This document shows positions 53,548-64,000 of a stretch of DNA of 64,000 bases, one piece after another. The notes under the pieces were generated by a model. It searched no databases. It saw nothing but the letters and a program-made list of their open reading frames with translations, and was not told the origin of the DNA. Source of the DNA: Sphagnum compactum (Eukaryota); NCBI GenBank assembly GCA_965153455.1, contig OZ234493.1, positions 22,682,213 to 22,746,212 of the forward strand. Direction: 5' to 3'. Both the position numbers and the translations under genes were made by a program. Positions within the stretch are counted from its first letter, which is position 1. The number at the start of each line of letters is the position of its first letter.

Positions 53548-55224
53548 TCAATCATCAAATTGGAATGTGTCAGGTACCTTGACTGGATAGTTGTCAATGC
53601 AATGTGCCCATGGGGAATGCTTCAAGGAAGGTTGGATGGTGTGAAGAGATTGCCATACTGCACTGTTGCATTTGAAGCCATCACCAAAGGCCAGCTGCCA
53701 CACTCGTTGGCCTTTCTTGACTCTACCCTTGGCCTCAATGTAGGCCAATTCATACCAGATTGTGGAAGAGGACGTGTTTCCGAATCGGTGAAGAGCCATT
53801 CTTGATGCCTCACAATGTTGTGGAGTAAGTAGCAGATGCTTTTCTAGCTCATCAATCGCAGCCCTGCCTCCGGCATGAATGCAAAAATGGTCAAAAGCAA
53901 GCCTTAAATCAGGGATGTAAGCTTTGAGCTGTTTCATGTTGAAGAGCTTGCGCGCTACTAGATTGGCAAAGAAGAGGATCTGTTCTGAAAATGGCAGCAC
54001 AAGAGGACCCAAAGTAGTGATATTTGTCTTCACAGACTCTGCAGCAATTGTGAGAATGTCTTTGGACAGACCTACTCCGATGTTGCCTTCACTGTCTTGC
54101 TCCTGATATACACAGCGGTAGCTCTTGTCATCTGCTGCCCTGTGTGTCCTCACCAAGTGCTTGAGTTTGTACTTGGAGCGTCTCTTGTCGTTGGGTTTGT
54201 TGGAAAGCAAGAGTGCCGTTCCACCAACTCGGAACAAACAGTTGGGTATCAGCATGGATTTGGTATTCCCAAGGTACCAATTCTGGGTGATGTTTTCTGT
54301 ACTCACCACAATCGCATAAGTGTAGCCATGCAGTTGAAGAATGTCTCTAGCAAGATCTACGGAGATTAAGCTTGCACTGCATCCCATTCCTCCCAGATTG
54401 TAGCTACGGATGTCGCCTCGCATCTTGTACTTGTTCACAATCATAGCTGACAAAGAGGGAGTAGGACTGAACAGCGAACAATTCACGATCAGCACTCCGA
54501 TCGCCTTGGGCTTCACCTTCGTTTTCTCGAAAAGCTCATCCAAGCAAGCATACATGACGGTTTCTGCCTCCACTCTCGCTGCTTTCATGGACGGACACGG
54601 AGGAAGAGCACCCCAAGCGGGAGGAAGATAGGTACTCTCGCTAAGACCCGATCTTTGCATGATCTTCTGCTGAAACTCGATGCTCTCGGCATCAAAGAAC
54701 CCCGAATTCCTGGAGCGCTGAATGAATATGTTGAAAGGAACTTTTAAAGCTTCAGAGTCATCCTTTGCCACGAAGCAAGCAAAATCCACTAGATAGATCG
54801 GTCTAGACCTTGACATGAAGTATACCGTTGCCGCACACACCAGGAGCACTAAGCACGCAATCACACTCAAAAGATTAAACTGCAGAATCTTTTCCCATAA
54901 CTGCCAAATACTATTATGATCAGAAGAAACAGCTGCTAGCCCGCCAAGCTGCAGCTGCAGTATGAAGATTCCCAACAGCAAGCTGGGGATTAAGAGCAGA
55001 GGGACGAGATAGGTGATACTCAGAATATGGCGATATCCGAGCTTCACGTATTGCAAGTCCACTGACTGTAAGAAGTCTGGCACAAGCGGCTGCTTGCAGC
55101 TGATCTCATGTAACGACAAGGTTTCGCCTTTCATCAGCTGGCTCTGACGTTGATAATCAAAGTCTAGGGATGAATTATCTGGATCAAGTCCTCCATTAGC
55201 AGCTTGTCCCCAGGCTTTCACCAT
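53548..55224 (-). CDS. KCS: 3-ketoacyl-CoA synthase (FAE1/CUT1-type very-long-chain fatty acid elongase condensing enzyme), 558 aa, intronless
   Basis: Two N-terminal hydrophobic segments, VKLGY, IYLVDFAC, VNCSLFSPTPSLSAMIVNKYKMR, catalytic Cys in NLGGMGCSA, His in HFCIHAGG, Asn in LHRFGNTSSS, FKCNSAVW. Confidence 0.97.
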   Translation of the reverse strand: MVKAWGQAANGGLDPDNSSLDFDYQRQSQLMKGETLSLHEISCKQPLVPDFLQSVDLQYVKLGYRHILSITYLVPLLLIPSLLLGIFILQLQLGGLAAVSSDHNSIWQLWEKILQFNLLSVIACLVLLVCAATVYFMSRSRPIYLVDFACFVAKDDSEALKVPFNIFIQRSRNSGFFDAESIEFQQKIMQRSGLSESTYLPPAWGALPPCPSMKAARVEAETVMYACLDELFEKTKVKPKAIGVLIVNCSLFSPTPSLSAMIVNKYKMRGDIRSYNLGGMGCSASLISVDLARDILQLHGYTYAIVVSTENITQNWYLGNTKSMLIPNCLFRVGGTALLLSNKPNDKRRSKYKLKHLVRTHRAADDKSYRCVYQEQDSEGNIGVGLSKDILTIAAESVKTNITTLGPLVLPFSEQILFFANLVARKLFNMKQLKAYIPDLRLAFDHFCIHAGGRAAIDELEKHLLLTPQHCEASRMALHRFGNTSSSTIWYELAYIEAKGRVKKGQRVWQLAFGDGFKCNSAVWQSLHTIQPSLKHSPWAHCIDNYPVKVPDTFQFDD

Positions 55225-55626
55225 GATGCAACAGTACTCCTAGTTAGATTCTTCTGTGGATTTCTCTAGCTAGGAACGGAGTCCCAACACAACTCCGCAG
55301 CTAGCACAAGCAGCAGCTCGATCGGAGCCAAGAAAAACCATGCGGGTTCAACAACTTCTTCACAAGCTCGAGCTGAACTCGCTTCAAAAGAATCCCGTCG
55401 ACTCTAGTAACTCTAGTCGACTTATAAAGCTCCAACAAACAAAGATCACCACCGCCAACAACAACACAACACCGCCACAAACCCAAACAAAAACACACAC
55501 ACACTCTCTCTCCCTCTCTCCCTCTCTCCTGAGTCCTGACTTACTTCATATCTACACGATATAACACAAGTACATATATATGTAACACAATACAACACAA
55601 GCACCACACACATACACACACACACA

Positions 55627-55665
<39 letters not shown>

Positions 55666-56183
55666 CCCATTGATTGACTGATTGGCTTCTACAGTGGCTG
55701 AAGATAGACTAGTCAGCGCCAGTTTCCATGTCTTCTCCCCCACCCAGTATCTAACTGCAATTAATTTGATCAAAATTATATGTGAAGGGCCTTTTTTGTT
55801 GAGATCACTAGAATTCTCAAACCTCTTCTAAAGAAAGAAGAGCTGCTTGGCAGTTTGAGAGGTGATGAGAGGTAATGTGACCTGAACCAAAGTCAGAATA
55901 CTTTGTGCACTTGTGTAACTGGTTCTTGAGGTAATGTGATTTGGCATATATGAGAGTGGTCACTGGTGGGTGTCTCTAGACTGGGGGTTGGGGTGGGAGA
56001 GGCAGCCCCCCAGAAATAATAGGAACCATTCCAATATTGAGTGGGTTTGTGAATTTTTTTGCATTAAAACCCTAACTATTTGGGTGGGGGAAAGTACAAA
56101 TTGTAGACCAATGTGCACTCATAGAATGTGCCCTTAAGTGCCTTCAGACTATAGTATTAAATCACAGGATGTTGTGGCAGGCA

Positions 56184-56290
56184 GTTGTGGCAGCAGGAGA
56201 GGCCTCTTCTAGGGTTGGTGTCCTTCAAGTTTTTTGACCATCTCCTCGCACGACTTGTTTCATGCTATTGGGGATGGGTTTAGGTGTTAG
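56184..56290 (+). mobile_element. Extreme 3' coding tip of a 5'-truncated CRE-like element, followed by a pyrimidine-rich tail
   Basis: VVAAGEASSRVGVLQVF-ISSHDLFHAIGDGFRC* parallels VIMVGPTTSRLPPLQDTIPIPTINLIQAVDC* at the end of the 22432 copy. Confidence 0.45.
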
Positions 56291-58224
56291 GTTTTGTGTT
56301 TTTTTCCTCTTAGGGCTCCTCATTGTGTGTTCTGCACTTTCTGGTGCGATCTTTTGTTTGGACTTTGATCCTTTCTTTTTTCTGTTCTTGTTCCCTTGAA
56401 TTTCTTGCTCTAGTCTCTTGAGTCCTTCGACATCAAACCGGAGTGTTTTTCTTTTATTTAATTATTTAGTTAGTTGTTATGGTACTAACAGGATGTCTTG
56501 TTCTCTTCTCAGGAATTGTATGTGGCTGAGTAGACTAGTGCTCGTAGATATAATCCCCCCCCAGGGACGCAACGGCTTGAGATTTAATGGTTCAGTACAC
56601 ACACATGGTGGTGGCAGACACTAAAACAGTAGCAATCAATCTAATGCGACACTCCGACTTCTGAGTCTGGTGTAGGATAAGTGCTCAATGAAAAAGTGTT
56701 TTTTACAAAAAATAATAAATTCTGATTCTACCCTAGATATGCTAAAATGCACAATTTATCACCGTGCTCTTTAAATAAAGGCTCTCTGCCCAGTTATTGC
56801 TTTTTGGCAATGACTGCTCGAGCACATTATCAAACGATTAAAATTTAAGTTAAAACCTTTCGGTTATCAATTTCATTATCAAAGTAATAATACCCATGAC
56901 TATAAAATTATTTCATTACTATTATTTTGTAATAATAATAATTGAATATATTTTCAGTCATATGTGAGTTATAGGATTTTCTTTTCTTTTAAATAATCCT
57001 ATTTATTCTTTAAATAATAAACATGGTTGATGTTTGAAGATTGATAACCTATTTGGATGATAATTGGGTCATCGAGGTAGGTTAATAAATTTTGAAAATT
57101 CAATATTAGACACGTAAGTTAACAATTTTTCAATTTTCAAAAAAATCAATAATCAACTCATAGGTTATCAATAGTCAAGTTTTTAATTGGGCATGTTTTT
57201 TCAATAGCTGGCTAACATTAGTTAAGAATCACTTCTTCTTTAAGGAGTAGTTTCTGAAATCAAATTTTTTTTCAACATCCACCTTTTGTTTAGTAAAGAA
57301 CCACGTTTTCTTTTAAGGCCCATATATTTTAAGGTCGAATCTTTGACCTCAACTCTCACCTTTCTTCCTGAATGATTTCAGGATATATGTAGGGTTGATA
57401 GGTTGGTGGGCAAACATTTAAAGGTTAAAAGGAAGAGCTAGTATTTGTTTTTTCATTACTTTTAGTTTTGGAGCTCTAAACATATTAGGTAACTCTCCAC
57501 CCAACACCTTTATATTCATTTACACAACTATATTTCATGTTTAAAAGTGAGTGTCATATGGATGCCCCAAACAAGGGGGGTCGAAAAAAAAGTTTGGCTT
57601 CCTTTTAAACATTTTTTGTACCATGTGCATCCAATGTGCATTTTATTACTCGACACACCAAACCTGATTTGTGAACATTATTTTTCCTATCATTAAAATA
57701 CATATATATTATTCTATTCAAGTGTTTTCACATCGACAACAATATATGTGCAAAATTGTAAATGATGCAAGGAACAAATCCTTAAATGTGTGATGTTCAT
57801 CCATGAAAATTATTTTGTACAAAATTAAAATTTGTATGAATTAATGGCTATGATCTTATTCATACTTTGCATTTTATGATTCTCAAAATGCCACACCAGG
57901 GGCACATTTTTATTCTAATCAACATTGTCGCACTTTTGTTTGCAGTAACTTCAATGGCTTGAGTGCCATTGCCATGGTCATTGAACTCATGTTCAACTTT
58001 CTGCATTCATTGTCTTGTTCAAGCATTGGAGAATCCCAAAAATCTTGTTCATTTTCTTGAACCAATTCTTCTTCTCATGCAACTTGCTACCAACAATTAA
58101 AACATTTACTCATCTTCTTAATGGTTTTCTTCACACATGAACTAGTACATCCCAAAGAGGAGCTTGGTGACAACTTTTGATGTTCTTTTGGTCTAGTTAA
58201 TGTTGGAGCTTTTAACAATCTTCT

Positions 58225-59860
58225 AATGTTCAACCTAGACCACTTCATCATCTCATGGTCCTCTAGCTAGACCTCTTCTCACTATTCTTGGCCTTGCATT
58301 CTCCCATCTTTGAACTTTGTTATTGCCATGTTCATTTTCTAGTTTTGTTGTCAAAATTCATTGATTATTGTTGGAACTCTTGATGGTCTTATGGTGTTTG
58401 ACCCAAACCTTTTCTTCATCTTTTGTACTAATAGCTAAACCTTTTGCTCATTATTCTTGACTCTACATTCTCCTAGGTTTGAATTTTGTTGTTGCCATGC
58501 TCACTTTTTAGTCTTGCTGCCGAACTTCTTTAATTATTCCTAGAGCTTTTTATCATTATGGTGTTCAACCTAGACCTCTTCCTCATCTTTTGGTACTCTA
58601 GCTAGACCTCTTGCTCACTATTCTTGACTTTGTATTCTCCATGGTTTAAACTTTGTTGCTACCATGCTCACTTTCTAGTTTTGTGGGTGTTGGCAAGTTA
58701 TGGTCTACACAAAAAATTGTCATAGTTTGACAATTTTCAACATTTATCCAAGTTTCATGCATTATGGTGGAAATTTAGAAAATAATTTTCACTAAAATTT
58801 CGAAAAGATGATGGATTATATCACAATCTAGCATTATGTTGTGAAATCAATGCATATATGAATGATATAATAGTCCAACAAAGTATTATTTTGATTGAGA
58901 AAACCTTGTAACATTTTTACAATTCCAACAAAAGGAGTAAGAAGTACTACATTTAATATAAAATTTTCCATGAAATTTTACACATACGTAGAAAAAACCA
59001 TTAAAAAAAATCTTTCCCATCAAAGTTTTCAAATTTTTTTAAGGTCATGGAATTTAAATAAGAAAGATTTTTACATGTTCATTAGTACATTATGGTATGA
59101 CAATAGTGATGGTTATGATTTATTTTATAAATGGAAAATTGTTGTCAAGTAAGGGTTTTTTAAAAACCTTTATTAAATCATTGGTGTACATTTGCACAAA
59201 TGTACAATTATGTTTCAATTTCATATTCATAATTCTTGTGACTTCCTTTATTTTTGAAGCCCAAATCATTTGTTTTTAAAATTATTCAAATGGAGTGAAA
59301 TCTTTCATGAACTACTACTTTTGATACTATATGTAGTTCCAAATTTGCCTCCAATTGTGTAGACTGTAGCTTGCCAACACCCTTGTTGATGGAGCTCTGT
59401 AACTATTCCTAAAGTTTTTATTATCCTATGGTGTTCAACCTAGACCTCTTCTTCATCTATGTTACTTTAATTAGGCCTCTTGTTCATTATTCTTGGCTTT
59501 TCATTCTCCCAAGGTTTGAACTTTGTTATTACCATGAGCTCACTTTTTAATCTTGCTACCAAAGTTCTTTGACTATTGCTAGAGCTTTTGATGGTCTTAT
59601 GGTGTTTGACCTAGACTTTTTCTTCATCTCCTAGTACTCTAGCTAGAATTTTTTACTCTCTATTCTTGGCCTTGCATTTTCCCAAGTTTGAACTTTGTTA
59701 TTACAATGCTCACTTTTTAGTCTTGTTACCAAAGCTTTTTGAATATTGCTAGAGTTTTTCATGGTCTTGTGGTGTTCGACTTAGACCTCTTTGCTCTCTA
59801 TTCTTGGCCTTGCATTCTCCCATGTTTGAACTTTGTTATTGCCATGCTCATCTTTCGATC
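58225..59860. repeat. Degenerate ~168-bp tandem array (about 6 units) interrupted by a TIR element
   Basis: Marker (A/G)ACCTAGAC at 58232, 58400, 58567, 59437, 59608, 59778. Confidence 0.88.
58685..59382. mobile_element. Non-autonomous TIR DNA transposon, 698 bp, GGG...CCC termini, 4-bp TSD TTGT
   Basis: Left GGGTGTTGGCAAGTTATGGTCTACACAA versus right TTGTGTAGACTGTAGCTTGCCAACACCC (25/28 complementary). TTGT at 58681-58684 and 59383-59386. Confidence 0.88.
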
Positions 59861-60910
59861 TTGATGCAAAAGCTCTTGTTCATGTTTGGATTGGTTTAAT
59901 TACTAGAGCTTTGGGTGGTGGTGTGGTGTTTGACGTGGACCACTTACTCATCATGATAAGGCCCGATGTGATCGTACTTGTTCAAGTTTCAATTTTGTCA
60001 TGTTCATCATTTGGTCTGTTAAACCTTTTCATGTTCTTTCTTAATCTTCGCAAAACTAGAGCTTTCGTTCACCCTTTGATCTAATTGTTCTAACCACTCC
60101 AAACTTCTTGCTTGCCTTTTGGTCTTTGAATTATCTAAATCCTACTCATTAATTGTTCTTGGAACTTTTCTAATTTTCATGGTTAAATTGCAAATTCGAC
60201 CAATATCTACATACCTAAATTTGGTCCTTGAATATTAATAAACTGCATTTTTTATGTTTTATTGTGAGCTTTGAATTGGCACTCAAGCAAGTTTCCATGT
60301 TAGCGCTTTTGATATTCCTATAATCCGCCATTGATGTTTTTGTATTTTTTGTTTTAATATCTGCACTTGATGTTTTTTATGTTTCAATAAATCTTCAAGT
60401 TGATGCTCTTCATGCAAGTTTGATATTCACACTAATGTTGTTGATGCTTGTTTGATCTTCATACTATGCTCACTTATATTTGTTTTGATGTTTCTTTGGT
60501 CTTCATACTAATTCACACCTCCCCACACCCCCTTCTTATGTTGGAAATTCTTAATCTAGGCATTGTAGGTGTGCTAAGACATGCCTTACAACTTGCATTT
60601 TCATTCTTGTTCTTTTTCATGATATTGTGCCATTCTTTGCCTTGTTTCCTCTTGTCAATGTGCATCAAACTCAAACCTATAGCTAAAAGTCTCATCATAG
60701 ATAGGTTTGTTTGGACAATCATATGAAACCTTTTGCCATAAATTTTCAACGTAGAAGGTGACCATGATGCCAAGAACTCAACTCATTGTTGTTTGTTCAC
60801 ATAACATTGAACTGTTCATTTACGTGTAGTTAAAACTTTCTTGCACTTGCCTACACCACCTCTCACAACACCAAAACGTGTCTTTCATGACTTGGACATT
60901 TACAACTAAT

Positions 60911-61011
60911 GTCCTAATCTAATCATGTAGTCATATGTTTTTAGTCATATACTTTTACTCAAATTTATGACTACATTGCAATTGATTATGACTACATGAC
61001 TAGATTAGGAC
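60911..61011. repeat. Inverted repeat with 25-bp arms (TAGTCAT/ATGACTA repeat family)
   Basis: GTCCTAATCTAATCATGTAGTCATA / TATGACTACATGACTAGATTAGGAC, one mismatch. Related motifs occur near 47700-47950 and 62900-63090. Confidence 0.8.
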
Positions 61012-61049
61012 TATTTTGTGACTACATGACTAGCTTACGCACATTAATA

Positions 61050-61400
61050 TTTTACCTATGTTAATAGTTTAACTAAGTAGCTACCTAGTTAATTAAGTAG
61101 CTAGTACCCATGGGTTAGTACTACCTATTATCTACCTACCTATTATGTAATACATATGTACCTACCTACCTAGGAGACATAGGTAGTACATACTTACCTA
61201 ATTATTTATTACATATTGTACTACTAGGTACCCACCTACTTATTAAATAGGTAATATATATATGTAACTACTACTAGGCACCTATTCACCTACTTACTAC
61301 TACCTCTAAGTATTACTTATTACCTACCAAGTTAGGTATCTACTAGGTTATTAGGTAGGTTCTAAGTTGTTAGGTAATACCTAGGTACCTAACTTATAAA
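61050..61400. repeat. Low-complexity TACC/GGTA-rich repeat
   Basis: Dense CTACCTA/TAGGTA motifs. Similar tracts occur at ~5900-6190 and 39948-39980. Confidence 0.7.
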
Positions 61401-61459
61401 ATAGGTTATAAAAAATTGTTTATAACAATATGTTGACAATTTTTGTCATGTAAAAATCA

Positions 61460-61532
61460 TGTGGTGCAATGGTGAAGTGGGGGTTAAGGATTTTTTCCCT
61501 CGATGTGAAGGTGAGGGGTTCAAGTCCTCACA
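61460..61532 (+). other. tRNA-derived (Pol III A/B box) SINE-like head
   Basis: A-box TGGTGCAATGG (61462), B-box GGTTCAAGTCC (61517) inside a GTGAGG/CCTCAC stem. No complete cloverleaf. Confidence 0.45.
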
Positions 61533-62399
61533 TTTTCAACTTAGTGAACTACCTTAACTAGCTTAGCTTGCTGACTAAATTAACCTACATTCCTAGGTAG
61601 GTTAGGGCCTACATTCCTAACATAGAGGCTGAATTTTTAGTTTTATACCATGTGTGGGTGCAAATGGGATAACATGAGCCACATTCTCCTGCTTTTTGAC
61701 GACTTTTGTGATTTTTTTTTAAGAAATATTTTTGGAATATTCTTGAAAAAATGTTCAAAAAAATCTTTAAATTTTTTTCTAAAAATTTCATAATATTTTA
61801 TTAATTTTATGTTAAAAATTCGACAAAAAATGTCATTTAAAAAAATTTCAAATCCAGTTACAAGTTTTTTTACTACTTAAAAGCAAGTGTTATAATGCTT
61901 AATGAATGGTTTTGTTTATTTTTTACTCATTGGATTGATTTCAAATTAATTCACTAAGGGTTGTGTGGTGAACAGGTATTTGCAATAATGGGGCTCAATG
62001 GCATTTCTATGTAATACCGCATGACAAACTTACAATATCACAAAATTTTAATAGAATTTGTGCAAAAATCATAACACAATATGTCTATGCAACATTCATG
62101 GGCTTCAAAATGTAGAAATGGCCTGAAAAATATACATATTACTTTTACATAAATGATATGTCTTTTCTACTTGTGATGTTTGATGTCATATACATACGAT
62201 TTAAATTTTAACAAATTTGTGCAATTATTGTGATGTAATTTTGGATAAAACTATGTAATACTTGTGTGTTAAACATGAACATTCATGTATGTCATTCAAA
62301 AACAATGTTTCCTTTGTTTGAATATTTAAGATATTAAATATGTAAAAATATCATTCATATTAACCATAACACATCACTCAACAACCCATTGCGATTCAT

Positions 62400-62860
62400 G
62401 ATCCCATTTTATTTTTCATCATGATTATGTTCATCATCTTCCTTAAAGTAAACATCAAATCATCCCCTATAGTCCTAAAATTTGTGAAAACCTTGCTCGG
62501 GCTTGTTTTCTCATCAATGACCTTGTTATTTAATGGCCATATCCTTGTGATCTTGAACCTTGCCACAATGATTTTCTTTGACAAATCTTGTTACAGTACA
62601 TAGTCCACAACTAGCCAACATCATTTTGTCAAGTTCAAGGTAATTGTTTTTAGCCATGGCCTTGATTTTTTTTCTTAAATGCAATCTTGAATGATTTGAA
62701 ACAAGATACATCTAAAGGTTGAAAAACATGCTAGTAGGTGTTGAGAGGGGACAATCACCATGTCCAATCCAAAGTCTTGTGTTTGTTGTGTTGCCTCTAA
62801 TGTCACATGGGAGCCATGCCCATTTATAATTAATAGGTGATGGTTGGTTTGGGAAATACC
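62400..62860 (-). mobile_element. pogo/Tigger-type (DDE_1) transposase relic
   Basis: LIINGHGSHVTLEA..FGLDMVIVPS..FQPLDVSCFKSFKIAF..FKITRIWPLN (cf. LDGHGSH, LPxHxxHxLQPLDVxxF, FxxTGIWP), with frameshifts. Confidence 0.85.
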
Positions 62861-64000
62861 TCTTGGGATTAGTATTTAAGTAGAAGAATTATCAAATGTA
62901 TGATTAAGTTTATGACTAGTATTCTAGTCATAAAGGACAAAAATGATTATTAACCTTAAGTCATTACAGACAAGTTGTTTACAACAATAATCATTTAGGA
63001 TATGATGTGGCACAATGACATGTCACATTTCATCCATTAGTCATAAAGAATATATGTGAAGTCATTAAACATAGTTTAATCATTATATAATTTTTTATTA
63101 TTATTACAAATTGGACCCAAAAAACTTGGGCAATGTTAAATTTTAAACCACAATATTTATTATAATAAATTTGTTACATATAACATAAGGGTAAAAATCC
63201 TTTAAGGTGTACAACATAGAATGAAAAAGGCCTACTTTTTATCGCAATTTTTTTTTACTTTATATTTTGATCCCCATAAAAAATAATGAGTCAAAAGTTG
63301 TCAAATTTTTCAAAAGGACTATATTTTAGACTATTACAATTTTAGTTTCCATCATAATCATCCATAAATGTGTCTTTATATGGTAAAAAGGACTAGGTAA
63401 AAAATATAGAAAAAGGTGACGTTGTGACAAGATTTTGGTACACCTTCAAAAATTTGCACCCATAAATAATAAAGCATTATTTTGTTTTGATTATTTTTAA
63501 TTTCATTATTTTTCATCCTATCAATTGTTGACACAAGTTAACACTTAAGCTAGGCTTAAAACCTGGTTTTTGTGGCTATGTAAATCACTTAATTTACTTA
63601 GGTAAGCACTTAAGCTAGGTAGTTTAGGTAATAGGTATGTAAAAAACCATTATTGATCATAATAAATGTTATTTATGAATTTTGATCCTTGGACCCCAAA
63701 GATGGAGTTCAATTCCTTTACCACCAAGTCACCCCACTTGTTATGTAAATAATATAGTGTTTAGACCATTTAGACCATACTTAATTTAAACATAAAAAAA
63801 CCTCAAATTTGATAATTCAAATCTTCTTGATAATTTGTCCAAATGAAAAAATTGAAACTTTGTTCGTTTCCTTCAATAATATACACAATTATATATTTTT
63901 TCAATAAAAATATAAATTCATTTTGAAAAAAATATATTTGAATTTTGTTATTGAATAACATTTCAATGACCATTGTTTGGGGAAAAAAATTCAAACACAT

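Overview
Eukaryotic, AT-rich land-plant nuclear DNA. The gene set and repeat style suggest a bryophyte, possibly a Sphagnum-like moss (inference only). Five protein genes can be reconstructed by hand: (1) the 3' part of a spliced DUF3506/Cyclin_D1_bind-type gene (+, ends 2704); (2) an intronless HSP90 co-chaperone p23 (-, 4982-5518); (3) a 4-coding-exon At3g05675-like BTB/POZ gene (+, 17822-20759); (4) a canonical 4-exon class III peroxidase (+, 41921-44321); (5) an intronless FAE1-type 3-ketoacyl-CoA synthase (-, 53548-55224). Most of the rest is decayed mobile DNA: Ty1/copia, several CRE-like non-LTR retrotransposons (RT plus restriction-like endonuclease), hAT, pogo, a non-autonomous Helitron, MITEs, tRNA-derived SINE-like heads and many tandem duplications. 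The most unusual observations are: a pair of homologous ~120-nt TGTA...TACA fold-back elements (21976-22095 and 38151-38268) that keep their pairing despite divergence and lie beside CRE-like fragments; a GGG...CCC TIR element whose 4-bp TSD is checked against empty neighbouring repeat units; a 168-bp (56-codon) decayed coding-like repeat array; and substitutions in normally conserved KCS motifs. All alignments and folds were done by eye and no searches were run.
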